A DNA stretch of 64,000 nucleotides from Ruditapes philippinarum (taxonomy: Eukaryota): the NCBI RefSeq assembly GCF_026571515.1, contig NW_026864013.1, forward strand, positions 1-64,000, read 5' to 3'. The notes beneath the pieces are model-generated. The model searched no databases. It was not told the origin of the DNA and worked only from the letters and a program-made list of their open reading frames with translations. Of this stretch, positions 25,501 through 38,200 are shown piece after piece. Numbering within the stretch: the first letter of the stretch is position 1; each line of letters opens with the position of its first letter. Both the position numbers and the translations under genes were made by a program.

Positions 25501-26448
25501 TTAAAATGTGCTTTTCCGGAGCTAAACACATTCTCACAGTTGTTCGTTTTTTGGTAACAGTGCTTGCACATCGTCTCAATTTGTGTCATGAACGTTATCC
25601 ACTTCTGTTATTTATTACAAACCTGATCAATTTTACTAGCTTAATGTGATCTTTCCATATAATGATAAAACAAGGGACATGAAAACGGTATGCTCTATTG
25701 TCTTGATGAATTTAGTTTAATCTTTTATTTGTTATCATTGTACGATTCATTATATCAATACATAAAATTTATACATATACATTGCACATAGCCATTCTAA
25801 AATATAATTGTAAGAAACTACTTAGCGTTATTGAAGAACTTTTATAACATTTCCACACAAACTCCTTTAAATAAAAGTAAGACATTCCTTGTTAATCTGT
25901 TAATCCTGCAGCCGCTTTATTACATTACAAGGTTGAATGATATTAGTTGTTGCACTTGGGTAAAAAATGAGTGAAAATCAAATCATTTGTTCCTCTATTT
26001 GGTCACAGATGTTATCAATACAAGTATTATTTTACACAGTATTTTAGGAATAAGATTACTATAATTCTGTGTTTTCTGGCAGACGTTCAGCTTTTAAATG
26101 TTTTCGTGGTTAAATACAATATGTTATCTTTTTGGCGTCAATGAAACATGGTAGTTATCAATGCTTGTACAAGTTTTATGATAAAAACTTATAATTGCAA
26201 TTTTCATGGAAAATTATTTGTAAAACCAAAAACAAAACTCAGTAAATACATAAATAACTTTAACATGATTTTGTGCTGTTATTCAATGTGAAGAGATGAG
26301 TCAGTGGTCGTTCAGCCAGTTACAGTGTCGATTAAGTCTTACCGATAATTTCCTCTCTATTAATAAGTTGTTTGTAGCGTAAACTTCATTAATAATATAT
26401 TATTTAAAGCAGAGTGTAATTACAATAATTCATATCCCATATTTGCAG

Positions 26449-29400
26449 GCATGTCTGTTGGTATAGTAGCATACATTACGGCCTTGTCGTCACTACCGTT
26501 CCCGCAGATCTGGACTGTATGTTTTCTGGCAGCTATAATTCTAACAGGAATTGATGGACAGGTAAACCATAGTTTCATGTGGGCCAGAGACCACTTAGTA
26601 TTCCAATAGAAGTATCTTTTATGCATAGAGGACATAGTGACCTGGTTAAGACTTCATATATAAACCCTACATTATTAATGAATCAATCTTTTATAAATAA
26701 TTATTTATTTTAAATCATAAATTCTACGAAGAAGTATTCAATTTATAAAAAAAAAATATTGATGAATATCGTCTTGAAAAAAAACTCACGTAGATTTTGA
26801 CACTAAAAGGTATCAATAACTCGGACAATTCACCGATTCTAAAACTATCTTATCAGTATTTTTTACACTTTACGTTACCCCGGTGCTCAGGAAATTCTCC
26901 TAAGATGATATGTACACAGCTGGATAAATTTACATATGCATTTCAACGGGTCAACATACATTTGCTCCCACTCTAAAATGCACCATTCGATATTTGCCGC
27001 CATTAACAGTGACCGTGTTTTACATTAAACAAAAGCCACATCAGCGTCCTATTATAAGAAGATGTGTTTTAATCAGAAAAGGACACTAATGAACAATCAG
27101 TTGATATTTTTATACATGTATATCTTTGATTGAACTGTATATGCGTTCATATTCATGCATAGTAAAAGCGATATTATGCCATCACTTATTTTTGAAAAAA
27201 AGTTTATATTCTGGAGATATGAAGCTTTAATTCCTTTCATGATTTCAGCTGGTTCCTATGGACATGTTAATGCAGCTGATAGGAGATGTTTTCCCGAGGG
27301 TACGGCGTGGTTTCAGGATCCATGCACTTGTTGTTACAGGAGTTATATTCTTTCTTTGTTCATTGCCCACGTGTACTGGGGTAAATATGGTTTTTGGTTA
27401 TAGATATTTCATAGCACATTTCATAGCACACTTTTTAAACGTCCTATTAAACACGGAGACCAGCCTTATATTGATTGCCAACATAAACGTGTTCCGGTTA
27501 AAGCTATTTCCCACTCATAATGTGCATTTTTCGAAGATACCAAAAGATACAATTACACATACGTAGCTGTACATAAATGATTTGTTGTATTGGTTGACAA
27601 TGTTAAAGAAAATCTTATACATGTTTATTTACATTTTACAGGCAGGTGCTTATATTTTCCTATGGACGGATTGGTACAATGGTGCAATGATTGTTCCCAT
27701 ACTTGCTTTTATTCAACTTGTGGTCGTTGCCTGGGTGTATGGTTTGTATATTTGATTTTGTTTTATTTGATTACATTCCTATAGTTATATTTTCAAATAT
27801 TAGAATTACTTTTCGTTCAAGATGTACTAGCTAACGCAATTCTTTACTTCATCGTGAAACTGAACAAAGTGCGTGTATATGTGAAGTTATTAATATCAAC
27901 GGTAGCTAAATAAACCGAGGGGATATATGATTAACCGTTGCTAGCTCGTGTGGCAACTCTTGGCATTTGACATAGCCAGTTATCATTTTGAAAGCAGTGA
28001 GATAACACGAGATGATTCATTTCTATAAACGGAGAATGCTTTTGGAATATTGCATATCTTAAACTAAAGAATTCCAATGCTCTTATAATTGCACTATATA
28101 TATAGTACATTTTATTTGATATTGTCTTCCACTTTAAAATACCGGGGTATTTTTTCTAGGTATGGACAGATTTAGTGACGACGTACACATGATGATAGGC
28201 AGGCCTATACCTGGACTTCTTAGATTCCTTACAGCATTTATAACACCTTTAATTGTTCTGGTCAGGATTCATTAATATATATGATAGTCATCTAAAGAAT
28301 TTGAATTATGAAGACTTGTATTTGAATATCTTTTAAAGGTCTAAGTCATACATTTTTCTTGCGTTTGCTACGTTGTCAATTCTTCTAATAACTTGCATTT
28401 TTTATTGAGACTAGATGTAAATTTTCAAATATGACATAGTTCTTTTCAGAACTATATCATATCAAAATATCTTGTGGCAGTGCACCATTTTTGTCTTGAT
28501 GCCAGAGCAACTCTTTTCTAGAATCAAAGTTTTGATTTTTAACTTTTCATGTAATAGGAGTAAACGTATCAAAAATCTAACGATATTTAATTGTGTTTAT
28601 ATATGCCGGTGCTTGAAGTAGTTGACTTGTTGTGGGAAGAGGCTGCTTTCCCTTGTTAATTTTAAATGTAACATTTGTCATTTTTTTTAAATTCCAGGAA
28701 ATTACCGCTCCATTTACTTTATCAAAAACAATTTTAAAAGCTCATTTTGCCTCAAAATGCTAATACTTTATCTTTAAAAATAGTATATATTTTTGGTGTC
28801 TTGTTACAGTTTCGGGGAAGTTATTCATTGCTTGTACACTTATAGTAATTTCTTATTTTGTGTGAATATCTGTATACCACTTTTTACATTTGCTCTCTTT
28901 ATGAAGCATAAATTCACAGTCAGCGCGATCACACATGTTCTATGTGTATTATAACAATATTATAACATGTTTGCCCTTGAACGAAAAAAACAAACTATTC
29001 CTTTCTGAATCTTAGTATGTCTAATTTCATACATTTATAATTGATATTTAATGTGGAAATATAAAGACTATTTCCCCTCAGTTTGCTCTAATAGAAAACA
29101 ACCTTAACATAAAACAATATTTTCTTTCAGATTATATTTTTGGTAAGTTGTGTGGAATATGTACCGCCGTCATACGGGAATTATACCTACCCTTCAACAG
29201 CCAGAGTTATGGGCTGGCTCAGCGTTGCTATAGTAATGAGCCCAATGTTAGTTCAAGGACTTTACACAGTTAATACTTCAAAAGAGGCTTCGTATTGGCA
29301 GGTATTAGATTAGTTGAACATATTTTAAGAAACATAAGTTTTGCGTTTTAAATCAATCACTCAACTTAGGTCTTAAATTTTTGCATACTGTACGTATTCC

Positions 29401-29745
29401 ATGAGTTAGGAATATAATTATGTACGAGTATATAGTGATCCTTATGTGCAGGAGACTTAGATGTCTGACTTCCATATGTATTTAATTATGAAGCGGAGTT
29501 CTAGTGCTCTTACATATTTTAGGCCTTTTTATTATTTTCAGAAATTGATGCAACATCTTCAGCCCGTAGAAAGCTGGAGACCAAGTGAGGAAGAATTTCA
29601 AGGACAATTCCATATCAACAAAGCTAAATATAGAAACAGGTCGTGGAAGGATCTTGTGTATTACAATATGTTTGGCAACTACCCGCTGCCAAGTTCCATA
29701 TCTACAAACAAAAACCAGGAGCTGAACTGCTTAAATAAAACTTGA
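26449..29745 (+). CDS. SLC6 (sodium/chloride-dependent neurotransmitter/amino-acid transporter) family, 3' six exons
   Basis: In-phase GT-AG exons 26449-26561, 27249-27380, 27642-27741, 28160-28260, 29131-29301, 29542-29745. They encode AY..ALSSLPFPQIW..GIDGQ, GAYIF..DWY, AWVYGMDRFSDDVHMMIG, FITP, PPSYGNYTYP..MGW and PVESWRP (TM8-TM12 region of SLC6). 5' exons not found in the window. Confidence 0.88.
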
Positions 29746-29889
29746 CGTAGACTTTAATACATTATGTAATAGTATTCTGTTTAATTGTTGAAAGCTACTC
29801 ATCAAACAAATTTTTTTAATGACATGGACACTTTTTTAATCGAACAAAATCTCATAGTTCAGTACCTATGCAGGTTGATTTTTATGTGT

Positions 29890-30123
29890 ACTAATTAAGT
29901 ACTGTATAATTTATTTAGACAGCATATTTAATTATTAAGTGCTGTATTTTTTAGTTAGACAACATATTTAATTAACTACTACTGTATTATTTAGTTAGAC
30001 AACATATCAAAATAACTACTGTATTATTTAGTTAGACAACATATTTAATTAACTAAGTACTGTATTATTTAGTTACACAACATATTTAATTAACTATTGT
30101 ATTATTTAGTTAGACAACATATT
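29890..30123. repeat. ~36-40-bp tandem minisatellite, ~6 units
   Basis: (ACTGTATTATTTAGTTAGACAACATATTTAATTAACT)n. Confidence 0.8.
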
Positions 30124-30487
30124 TGTAAGTGCGCTAAATGAATCTGTACAGTTTCACTATCAGGTATATGTATTCCGTAAAGGAAAGGGGTCGTCTCACA
30201 ATAACAAAGAAAATGAACTGCAGTTGCGTATTTATCTTATTATTTTATTATCAGTCGACATTCATAGAATTAATCCGATAGCAAATCGTTACAACACGTG
30301 GTAAAACTTTGCGACGATGTCTCCATATCGTTCCGACTGACTTGTGACTCTTAATTTCAGCAATGGCACTGCATATATATCTTGGTAAAATAAATATTGG
30401 ACACAAGTTTTTCGTTCAATGTTCGTACATTACACTAATTTTTTACGCTACGTGTTAAAAGAATTATATATCTTTGAGAAAAAAATA

Positions 30488-31652
30488 ATGGATAGCAACA
30501 AAGGAGGTAAGTGGATTTAAATAAAATTCGATGTACTAAAATGCTTACCTTTCAGTGTGCTTGATTATATTATTCTTTCTTTATCTCGCTTTACTGTGTT
30601 TTGTTAGCACTGCCTTTAAATGTGTCCATTTCACAGGCTAATGAATTAAATTGTTTGGTTTTGGTCTTCCCATACAATTATATAATACACTAGTTAAGCA
30701 AGCAAGATAAAATATTTGACTTATTTAAAACATTTAACTTATTATTATTTCAGGTACTTTGCTTCAGAGACGAAGGAAATATGTCAAGATAAGTAAAGAG
30801 GAGACGTTGCTTATCTTAAGAGCGTATGTGAACCATCCCAAGAGCTGGCAAGAAATCATGGAGGAAGTAAAAGAAAATCTTGATATTTTTCTTCCTAGCG
30901 CCAGGGAAGTTTATACTACGGGGAGCCTTAGACAGCTGAGAGACCGGATGTCCGTAAAACTCAGCTCGTTGATCAAGAAAAGGCCAGAGGACATTAAAGA
31001 CGCGGATGTTAATTATGTACGTTGCTTCTGTAACCATGCTAACTTGAACCTTTGCTTTGAATGGTTGACTTATAAATTACTGTATATTAGCTAATTGGCA
31101 GCCAGCCATTCTCAAATTATTTTTATTTGTTTTCGAAGCGAATTTCTGATTAATATAGAAAGGTGTTAAGTATGCTAGGCCAGGCCAAAACCCAAGGTGG
31201 TATACGTCTTAAGCGAACAACAAAGTGCAAGACATGTTTTTGTTTAATACTTTCAAACGTAGGTAAAAATTTGCGCTATCAACAGACTGATGTTTTGCGT
31301 AGTTAATATGTTGAACATGTTGACTATTTTTCAAATGCATTTTTTTTTTTTGGTTTTATTTCAGAAGTGCTGTAGAAGATATCAGAAGACAAAAAATGAG
31401 CGATGGCTCATTCCAGAACCTGAACCAGCACAAGCATCCGAATCATTGGATCAAGAGGAGCAGGTAGAAGAAGCTGAACCAGCTCGGTCGCAACCAGATT
31501 TTAGGACAGTAATGGCTGCTGCTGTGTCGACTGACGCCAGTGATGGGGAGCAGCATTTCTTGCATATCAGACAGGATTTTCTTGCATATCAGACAGGATT
31601 ATCTACCGTTTACACCGGTGCTAGAAAACTCTGTCTTACACCCCCCATGTAA
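30488..31652 (+). CDS. Small Myb/SANT-like domain protein (possibly a transposon accessory gene), C-terminus replaced by an inserted element
   Basis: In-phase exons 30488-30506, 30754-31016, 31365-31652. Encodes ISKEETLLILRAYVNHPKSWQEI...SLRQLRDRM (Myb/SANT-like spacing) and an acidic tail; the last ~30 codons lie inside the hairpin element. Confidence 0.5.
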
Positions 31653-32663
31653 GACAAGTCGCGTGCTTTAAATGACGTCATTGCCGCGCGCCTTTTATGA
31701 ATGAATTGCGTTCTTAGGATGACGTCATTTTACCGTTATGAATGAAGTTGTAAGTTCATACGCTACTATAAGAAAAAAGTGCGTAATGAGAATATCAGTT
31801 TTCGTAATTTCTGTTCTGAAAATAATTGATATGTAATATGCAAGAAAAAGAATCAAACACCGGCTGTCGGTACAGACGGGAATATCTAGCTCTCGGGTAA
31901 CTGTTTAGCGGAAACTCGGCAGAGCCTCGTTACCGCCGTAAACAGTTACCCTCGAGCTAGATATTCCGGTCTGTACCGGCAGCCAGTGTAAGATTCTTAT
32001 AATCTACCGTTTACACCGGTCCTAGAAAACCCCATCTTACACCCCCATGTAAGACAAGTCGCGTGCTTTTTAAAAATGACGTCATTGCTGCGCGCCTTTT
32101 ATGAATGAATTGAATTGCGTTGTTAGGATGACGTCACTTAACCGTTATGAATGAAGTTGTACGTTCATACGCTACTATAAGAAAAAAGTGCGTAATGAGA
32201 ATATAGGTTTTCGTAATTTCTGTTCTGAAAATAATTGATATGCAAGAAAAAGAATCAAACACTGGCTGTCGGTACAGACGGGAATTATAAGAATCTTACA
32301 CCGGCTGCCGGTACAGACCGGAATATCTAGCTCGAGGGTAACTGTTTACGGCGGTAACGAGGCTCTGCCGAGTTTCCGCTAAACAGTTACCCGAGAGCTA
32401 GATATTCCCGTCTGTACCAACAACTGGTGTTTGATTCTTTTTCTTGCATATTACATATCAATTATTTTCGGAACAGAAATTATGAAAATTGATATTCTCA
32501 TTACGCACTTTTTTCTTATAGTAGCGTATGAACATACAAATTCATTCATAACGGAAAAATGACGTCATCCTAAGAACGCGATTCATTCATAAAAGGCGCG
32601 CGTCAATGACGTCATTTAAAGCACGCGACTTGTCTTACATGGGGGGTTTAAGACAGAGTTTTC
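31556..32663. mobile_element. Cluster of three hairpin-element units (+, partial +, -), same family as 5065-6021
   Basis: Units 31556-32001 (+), 32002-32285 (+, truncated) and 32286-32663 (-). Shared TTCTTGCATA/TATGCAAGAA ends, AAGTTGTAAGTTCATACGCTA core and terminal hairpin. Confidence 0.85.
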
Positions 32664-32687
32664 GCGTTCTTAAGATGATAAGATAAG

Positions 32688-33170
32688 TGTGACTAGATTT
32701 TTTGCCGACGACAGTTCGTTGGCAGTCTCATCTAAAGATGTCTTGTATAAGGAAGAAATTCTAAATAAAGACCTTATCACAATTACATCATGGTCTAAAC
32801 AATGGCTTGTAAATTTCAGTCCAGCAAAAACTAGTCGTGTTCTTTTCATTTTGTAATCGAAATAAACCGAATCTTTTTTATATGATATACAGCTTAAGTA
32901 TGTTTTTTTAGGTTAAGCGATTTCTTTTTACCAGTTAAAATACATGAAACTAATCTCGCTTATAATATAAATATCTAATAATTTCTAAAAATCACAGTTA
33001 CTATATTATCATTAAGCCAACAAGATAAGCCTTTAGGGGAGGACCCTAGGTAATGTTTGTATAACTTTTGGTCTTACACTTTTGATGAACATTGTATGTA
33101 TGCTTAAGATAATGATGTTAGATCGTGTGAATTTATCATGTACAAAATATACAATAAAATATTATTAAAT
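32688..33170 (+). mobile_element. Short LINE RT remnant with 3' UTR-like tail
   Basis: FADDSSLAVSS..ILNKDL..ITSWSKQWLVNFSPAKT; AATAAA near 33153. Confidence 0.7.
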
Positions 33171-33171
33171 T

Positions 33172-33390
33172 AAACCAACATAGTGCGTTTGCGACCAGCA
33201 TTGATCCAGACCAGCCTGCACATCCGTGCTGTCTGATCAGGATCCATAATTTTAGCTATTAGTTTCTCTACTTGCCATAGGGTTTGTAAGCGAACAGCAT
33301 GGATCCTGATCAGACTGCGCGGATGCGCATGCTGGTCTGGATCCATGTTGGTCACAAACGCACTATGTTGGTTTTGTCATGACGCGGCTC
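33172..33390. mobile_element. Sola-like MITE copy
   Basis: Palindromic; ends GCGGCTC followed by AAAT; left tip missing. Confidence 0.8.
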
Positions 33391-33563
33391 AAATGAAAGC
33401 TGAAATCGGTTGATTTGGTAGAACATATTTTAGCCCTAACCATCATAGATTCAAGTAAATATATGTTCAAGGTTACCTGGTTTTATTTTATATTGGTAAC
33501 AAAAGCCAGTCACTACATTTACTTGCTATCAAATGGTTAGAAGAGGCGAAGTAAAGTTGATAG

Positions 33564-34394
33564 AACTAGAAATGTGTCCATAGGACACTGATGCCCCCAC
33601 ACGCCACTGTTCTGTCAATCTTATGACTCTAGGTCAAATATTTTTTGGACTACATGTGCCACAAGTTGAAAACTAAAAATCAACAAAGGGCCATAATTCT
33701 GTTAAATTTGGTCGCAGCAAAAAATCCTTCCTTTACTACGATCTACACATTAAGGTTGTTAATCCCTGGAAGTTTAGGCAAAATCTGCCATCCGGTTTAA
33801 GAGGAGTTGCATTCACAAAATTTCTACATAGTATATAGTGAAAAAATCAACAAAGGGCCATAATTCTGTAAAATTTGGCCGCAGCGAAAATTCCTTCCTT
33901 TACTGCCATCTACACCTTAAGGTTGTTCATCCCTGTAAGTTTAGGCAAAATCTGCCATCCGGTTTAAGAGGAGTTGCGTTCACAAAATTTCTACATAGTA
34001 TAGTGAAAAAATCAACAAAGGGCCATAATTCTGTTAAATTTGGTCCCAGCAAAAATTCCTTCCTTTACTACCATCTACACATTAAGGTTGTTCATCCCTG
34101 GAAGTTTAAGCAAAATCTGTCATCCGGTTTAAGAGGAGTTGCGTTCACAAAATTTCTACATAGTATATAGTGAAAAAATCAACAAAGGGCCATAATTCTG
34201 TAAAATTTGGTCGCAGCGAAAATTCCTTCCTTTACTACCATCTACACATTAAGGTTGTTCATCCCTGTAAGTTTAAGCAAAATCTGCCATCCGGTTTAAG
34301 AGGAGTTGCGTTCACAAGATTTCGGGATGTACGGACGGACTGACGGACGGACAAGTGCAACGCTATATGCTCCCACATTGTGGGGGCATAAAAA
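33564..34394 (-). mobile_element. HINE-type element with ~4 x ~166-bp units
   Basis: AAATCAACAAAGGGCCATAATTCTG recurs near 33677, 33844, 34008 and 34176; (CGGA)n; terminal ATGCTCCCACATTGTGGGGGCATAAAAA; GTGTCC-ATA-GGACAC hairpin at the other end. Confidence 0.85.
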
Positions 34395-35229
34395 CGTCAC
34401 AAGGTTTGGTAAAAGTTAACTAAGAATACTGATGAAAACGATGGATGTGGTTTGCTTTGACAAAATGAAAATAGGGACTTGGGATAAGTTAACGTACAAT
34501 GTATGAAAATCTACTCGAATTAACATTAATCTAAAGAGCCAAAATATCATTTCCGTGGATAATATAGGTGCTATGGGAAACGCCAAAATATTAATTCAGA
34601 TGTAAGGACAAACTTTGTAGGATTCATAAATGTTTGAGTCCAGGTTTTACGAAAATTTTAATGCATTAATTTTTTGGTCATATCTTGTAGTTAGCCAATC
34701 TTACCGACTTTCCTGGTTAACTAACTGGCAAATATCAATTTTTCAGCAACTGAATCATCATTTGAATGAATAGACTCTAGTAAAAAAAAAATTTCAGATA
34801 TATATACAAAGGTATAATAATATGGAGGGCGCACATACATGTACATTACATGAATTAACTTACATGTCTTAAAAGAAACCAACAATAACTTAGTCTAATG
34901 GATGTACAGACAACAAAACAACACAATTTATATAACAATATTTTCATTTACAAGTTACATCATAGAAAAATTAAATAATTTTTTTATTAGCAAACTCCAA
35001 CAGATGTTTATAACTGAATTAGTTCTTGTAAAATAAAGTTCTTTCGTTTTAGTAGAAATTTTATCCCTGTGCAAAATCTTTATGACGGAAAACTTTACTT
35101 CAAATCTGAATGCGCTGTGCATTGAATAGTTTCCAATGGGTAATGCAATAAATGTAGATCTCAGTTTCATATTCATGTTATAAAAAAACACACACAAAAA
35201 AATCCTTCTTCAATCTATTACAGTATAAT

Positions 35230-38200
35230 TTATTTAGTAGAGACCCTAGTTTTCTTATTCCAACTGAAATTTGCTCCGTAAGATTTGTGTTTAAATGTTG
35301 TCTTCTGAGGTTTGTCTACATAACACTCCAAACCTGAAAACATAAAAAACAAATGACATTTTAACAACAAAACAAATGAGCCACGTCACGACAAAACCAA
35401 CATAGTGCGTTTGCGACCAGCATGGATCCAGACCAGCCAGCGCATCCGCGCAGACTGATCAGGATCCATGCTGTTCGCTATCAGTTTCTCTACTTGTGAT
35501 AGAGTTGGTAAGCGAACAGCATGGATCCTGATCAGACTGCGCTGATGCGCTGGCTGGTCTGGATCCATGCTGGTCACAAACGCACTATGTTGGTTTTATC
35601 GTGATGCGGCTCAAATATGAGGCTAATATATATATACACTGTAAACAAATAGATACACAGTAAATTCTGCTTATAACGATATAGCCGAATTTATATTGTT
35701 ATATCCATATCATTATATCCAAGAGGCAACCAATTTGAAAACAAGAGCCGGGACCAATGCGCAGACAGCTTCATTATAAGCAGTACATCGCTATTAGTGA
35801 TGTCTTTTAAGGTAGAACACCACTAATGGGGACTATAAGGAACTGTAAAATTGACAACATAGGACAGTTACATGTCTTCAAGGTCACCTGTATTCAAAAT
35901 TTACTGTGTGGTTTACGAGTTACGGACATTTTTTCTGAACTAAAGCTTTGCAATTAGAAGGGCTTTTTCAGAAATGAGGAAACTCTTAAATTATCTATAA
36001 TAAATTATCATCATTATGAAAAATGTTTTCCTATTGCTCATTGTTAAGAAACACATTATGACATTCAGGTAACAAATTAAACAAGCAGAATGATTGCTTC
36101 TAAATGAAATGTTTTAATATGTATAACAAGAGCTGTCGGTAGGACAGCAACGCTCGACTATTCTTAGTGCTTGATAGTAAAAAAAATGCTTGATACAGTT
36201 ACCTCCTCCTGTTTACAGGTTGGGGTCATGATGGTGAACAAGTGTGCAAAGTTTCAAAGCCATATGTCAATGGACTTTGAAAATATTTGAACTATTACAA
36301 AAACTTTAACGTAAATTCTAAGTCGAAAAAGGGGCATAATTCTGTCAAAATGCTTGATAGAGTTACCTCCTCCTGTCTACAGGTTGGGGTCATGATGGTG
36401 AACAAGTGTGCAAAGTTTCAAAGCCATATGTCAATGGACTTTGAAAATATTTGAACTATTACAAAAACTTTAACGTAAATTCTAAGTCGAAAAAGGGGCA
36501 TAATTCTGTCAAAATGCTTGATAGAGTTACCTCCTCCTGTCTACAGGTTGGGGTCATGATGGTGAACAAGTGTGCAAAGTTTCAAAGCCATATGTCAATG
36601 GACTTTGAAAATATTTGAACTATTACAAAAACTTTAACGTAAATTCTAAGTCGAAAAAGGGGCTTTATTCTGTCAAAATGCTTGATAGAGTTACCTCCTC
36701 CTGTCTACAGGTTGGGGTCATGATGGTGAACAAGTGTGCAAAGTTTCAAAGCCATATGTCAATGGACTTTGAAAATATTTGAACTATTACAAAAACTTTA
36801 ACGTAAATTCTAAGTCGAAAAAGGGGCATAATTCTGTCAAAATGCTTGATAGAGTTACCTCCTCCTGTCTACAGGTTGGGGTCATGATGATGAACAAGTG
36901 TGCAAAGTTTCAAAGCCATATGTCAATGGACTTTGAAAATATTTGAACTATTACAAAAACTTTAACATAAGTGGTTACGCCGACGCCGACGCTCGGGTGA
37001 CTGCAATAGCTCTACTTATTCTTATCGAATAGTCGAGCTAAAAATGTAACCCTACCCCACCCAATTTAAACAATTATTTGACCATTTCCTTATGTAAAAA
37101 ACCTTATTTAAAATAGCCCTAAAATTTCCACAATGAGGGGCTGTTTTCAAAGTTTGCCTAAATTTTCTTAAATGTATACTGGTTGGTCTTGCAAAGTATA
37201 AAATACTTTTACAGTATAGTTTTTATTTTATTAAACTTTGAAAATATCTGGTATCATATTTTCTATCAAATTTGGCATTATTTAGCAAATAAATACCTAC
37301 AATAATTATATAATTAAAATGAAACATTTTTTTCTTCCATTAGGGATCTGAAAGATTCATAAAAAATGTTTAAAAGAAAAAAAAGAAAGAAAAAAAAGTT
37401 GCCCCTTCTCGGGTTTGAACCCACGCCCCTCAGTTTCAATATTACACTTGACAGTGATTCTAGCCTATTTGGGTACTCTTCAATGTGGAGTGCATTAGAG
37501 GTGTACTACCTTAAGTTGAGTTTACTTATTTGTAAAATTACGTATCTAATATTAGCAAACAGTCATCTATAGTTAATAAGTTGTTCTAATGTAATCACAG
37601 AATATAAGCAAGTAACAAGTAAGAGAGCAATAGCTTTGATTACATAGAACTTATTGACCATCAAGAAAACTTACCCTTATAGTATGAAAAATTCCCCCAA
37701 AAAAGAAAATCATCACTTTGATAAAAAATATTTTCATTTACCTTTTTGAAAAAGTTTTCCATTTTAATGATGACTAAGCAGCTTTGAGTAAATATTTCAT
37801 ATATCTATGATGATTTTAGTGAAATGGAAAAAGAACCACTGAAATGCACTTATGTCTTATGGATTATCTGCTTTTTCAAAATGGGTTTCTATATTGATAC
37901 TGAACAAGTATTACAAGTTGAATATCCTTGATGGTTCATGGGAATGGACCTCAATAAAAGTATTAACCAAGGAAAAGCTATTGTCATGACATTCTACATT
38001 TGTATCTTCAAAAAGTGGAGTATTATGTTTTACCTTAAGATGTCAAAGCAGGTAATTAAAGATTCTTACCATTTTTTTCACAAAATTCAACTGCAGCTTC
38101 ACTGCTTGCAAACTCCAAATGTACATTGGATAATGGATCACCCCTGCAAGATATATGGATATACAGACCTTTTATTAACATTCCATAATTTTCTGATGAA

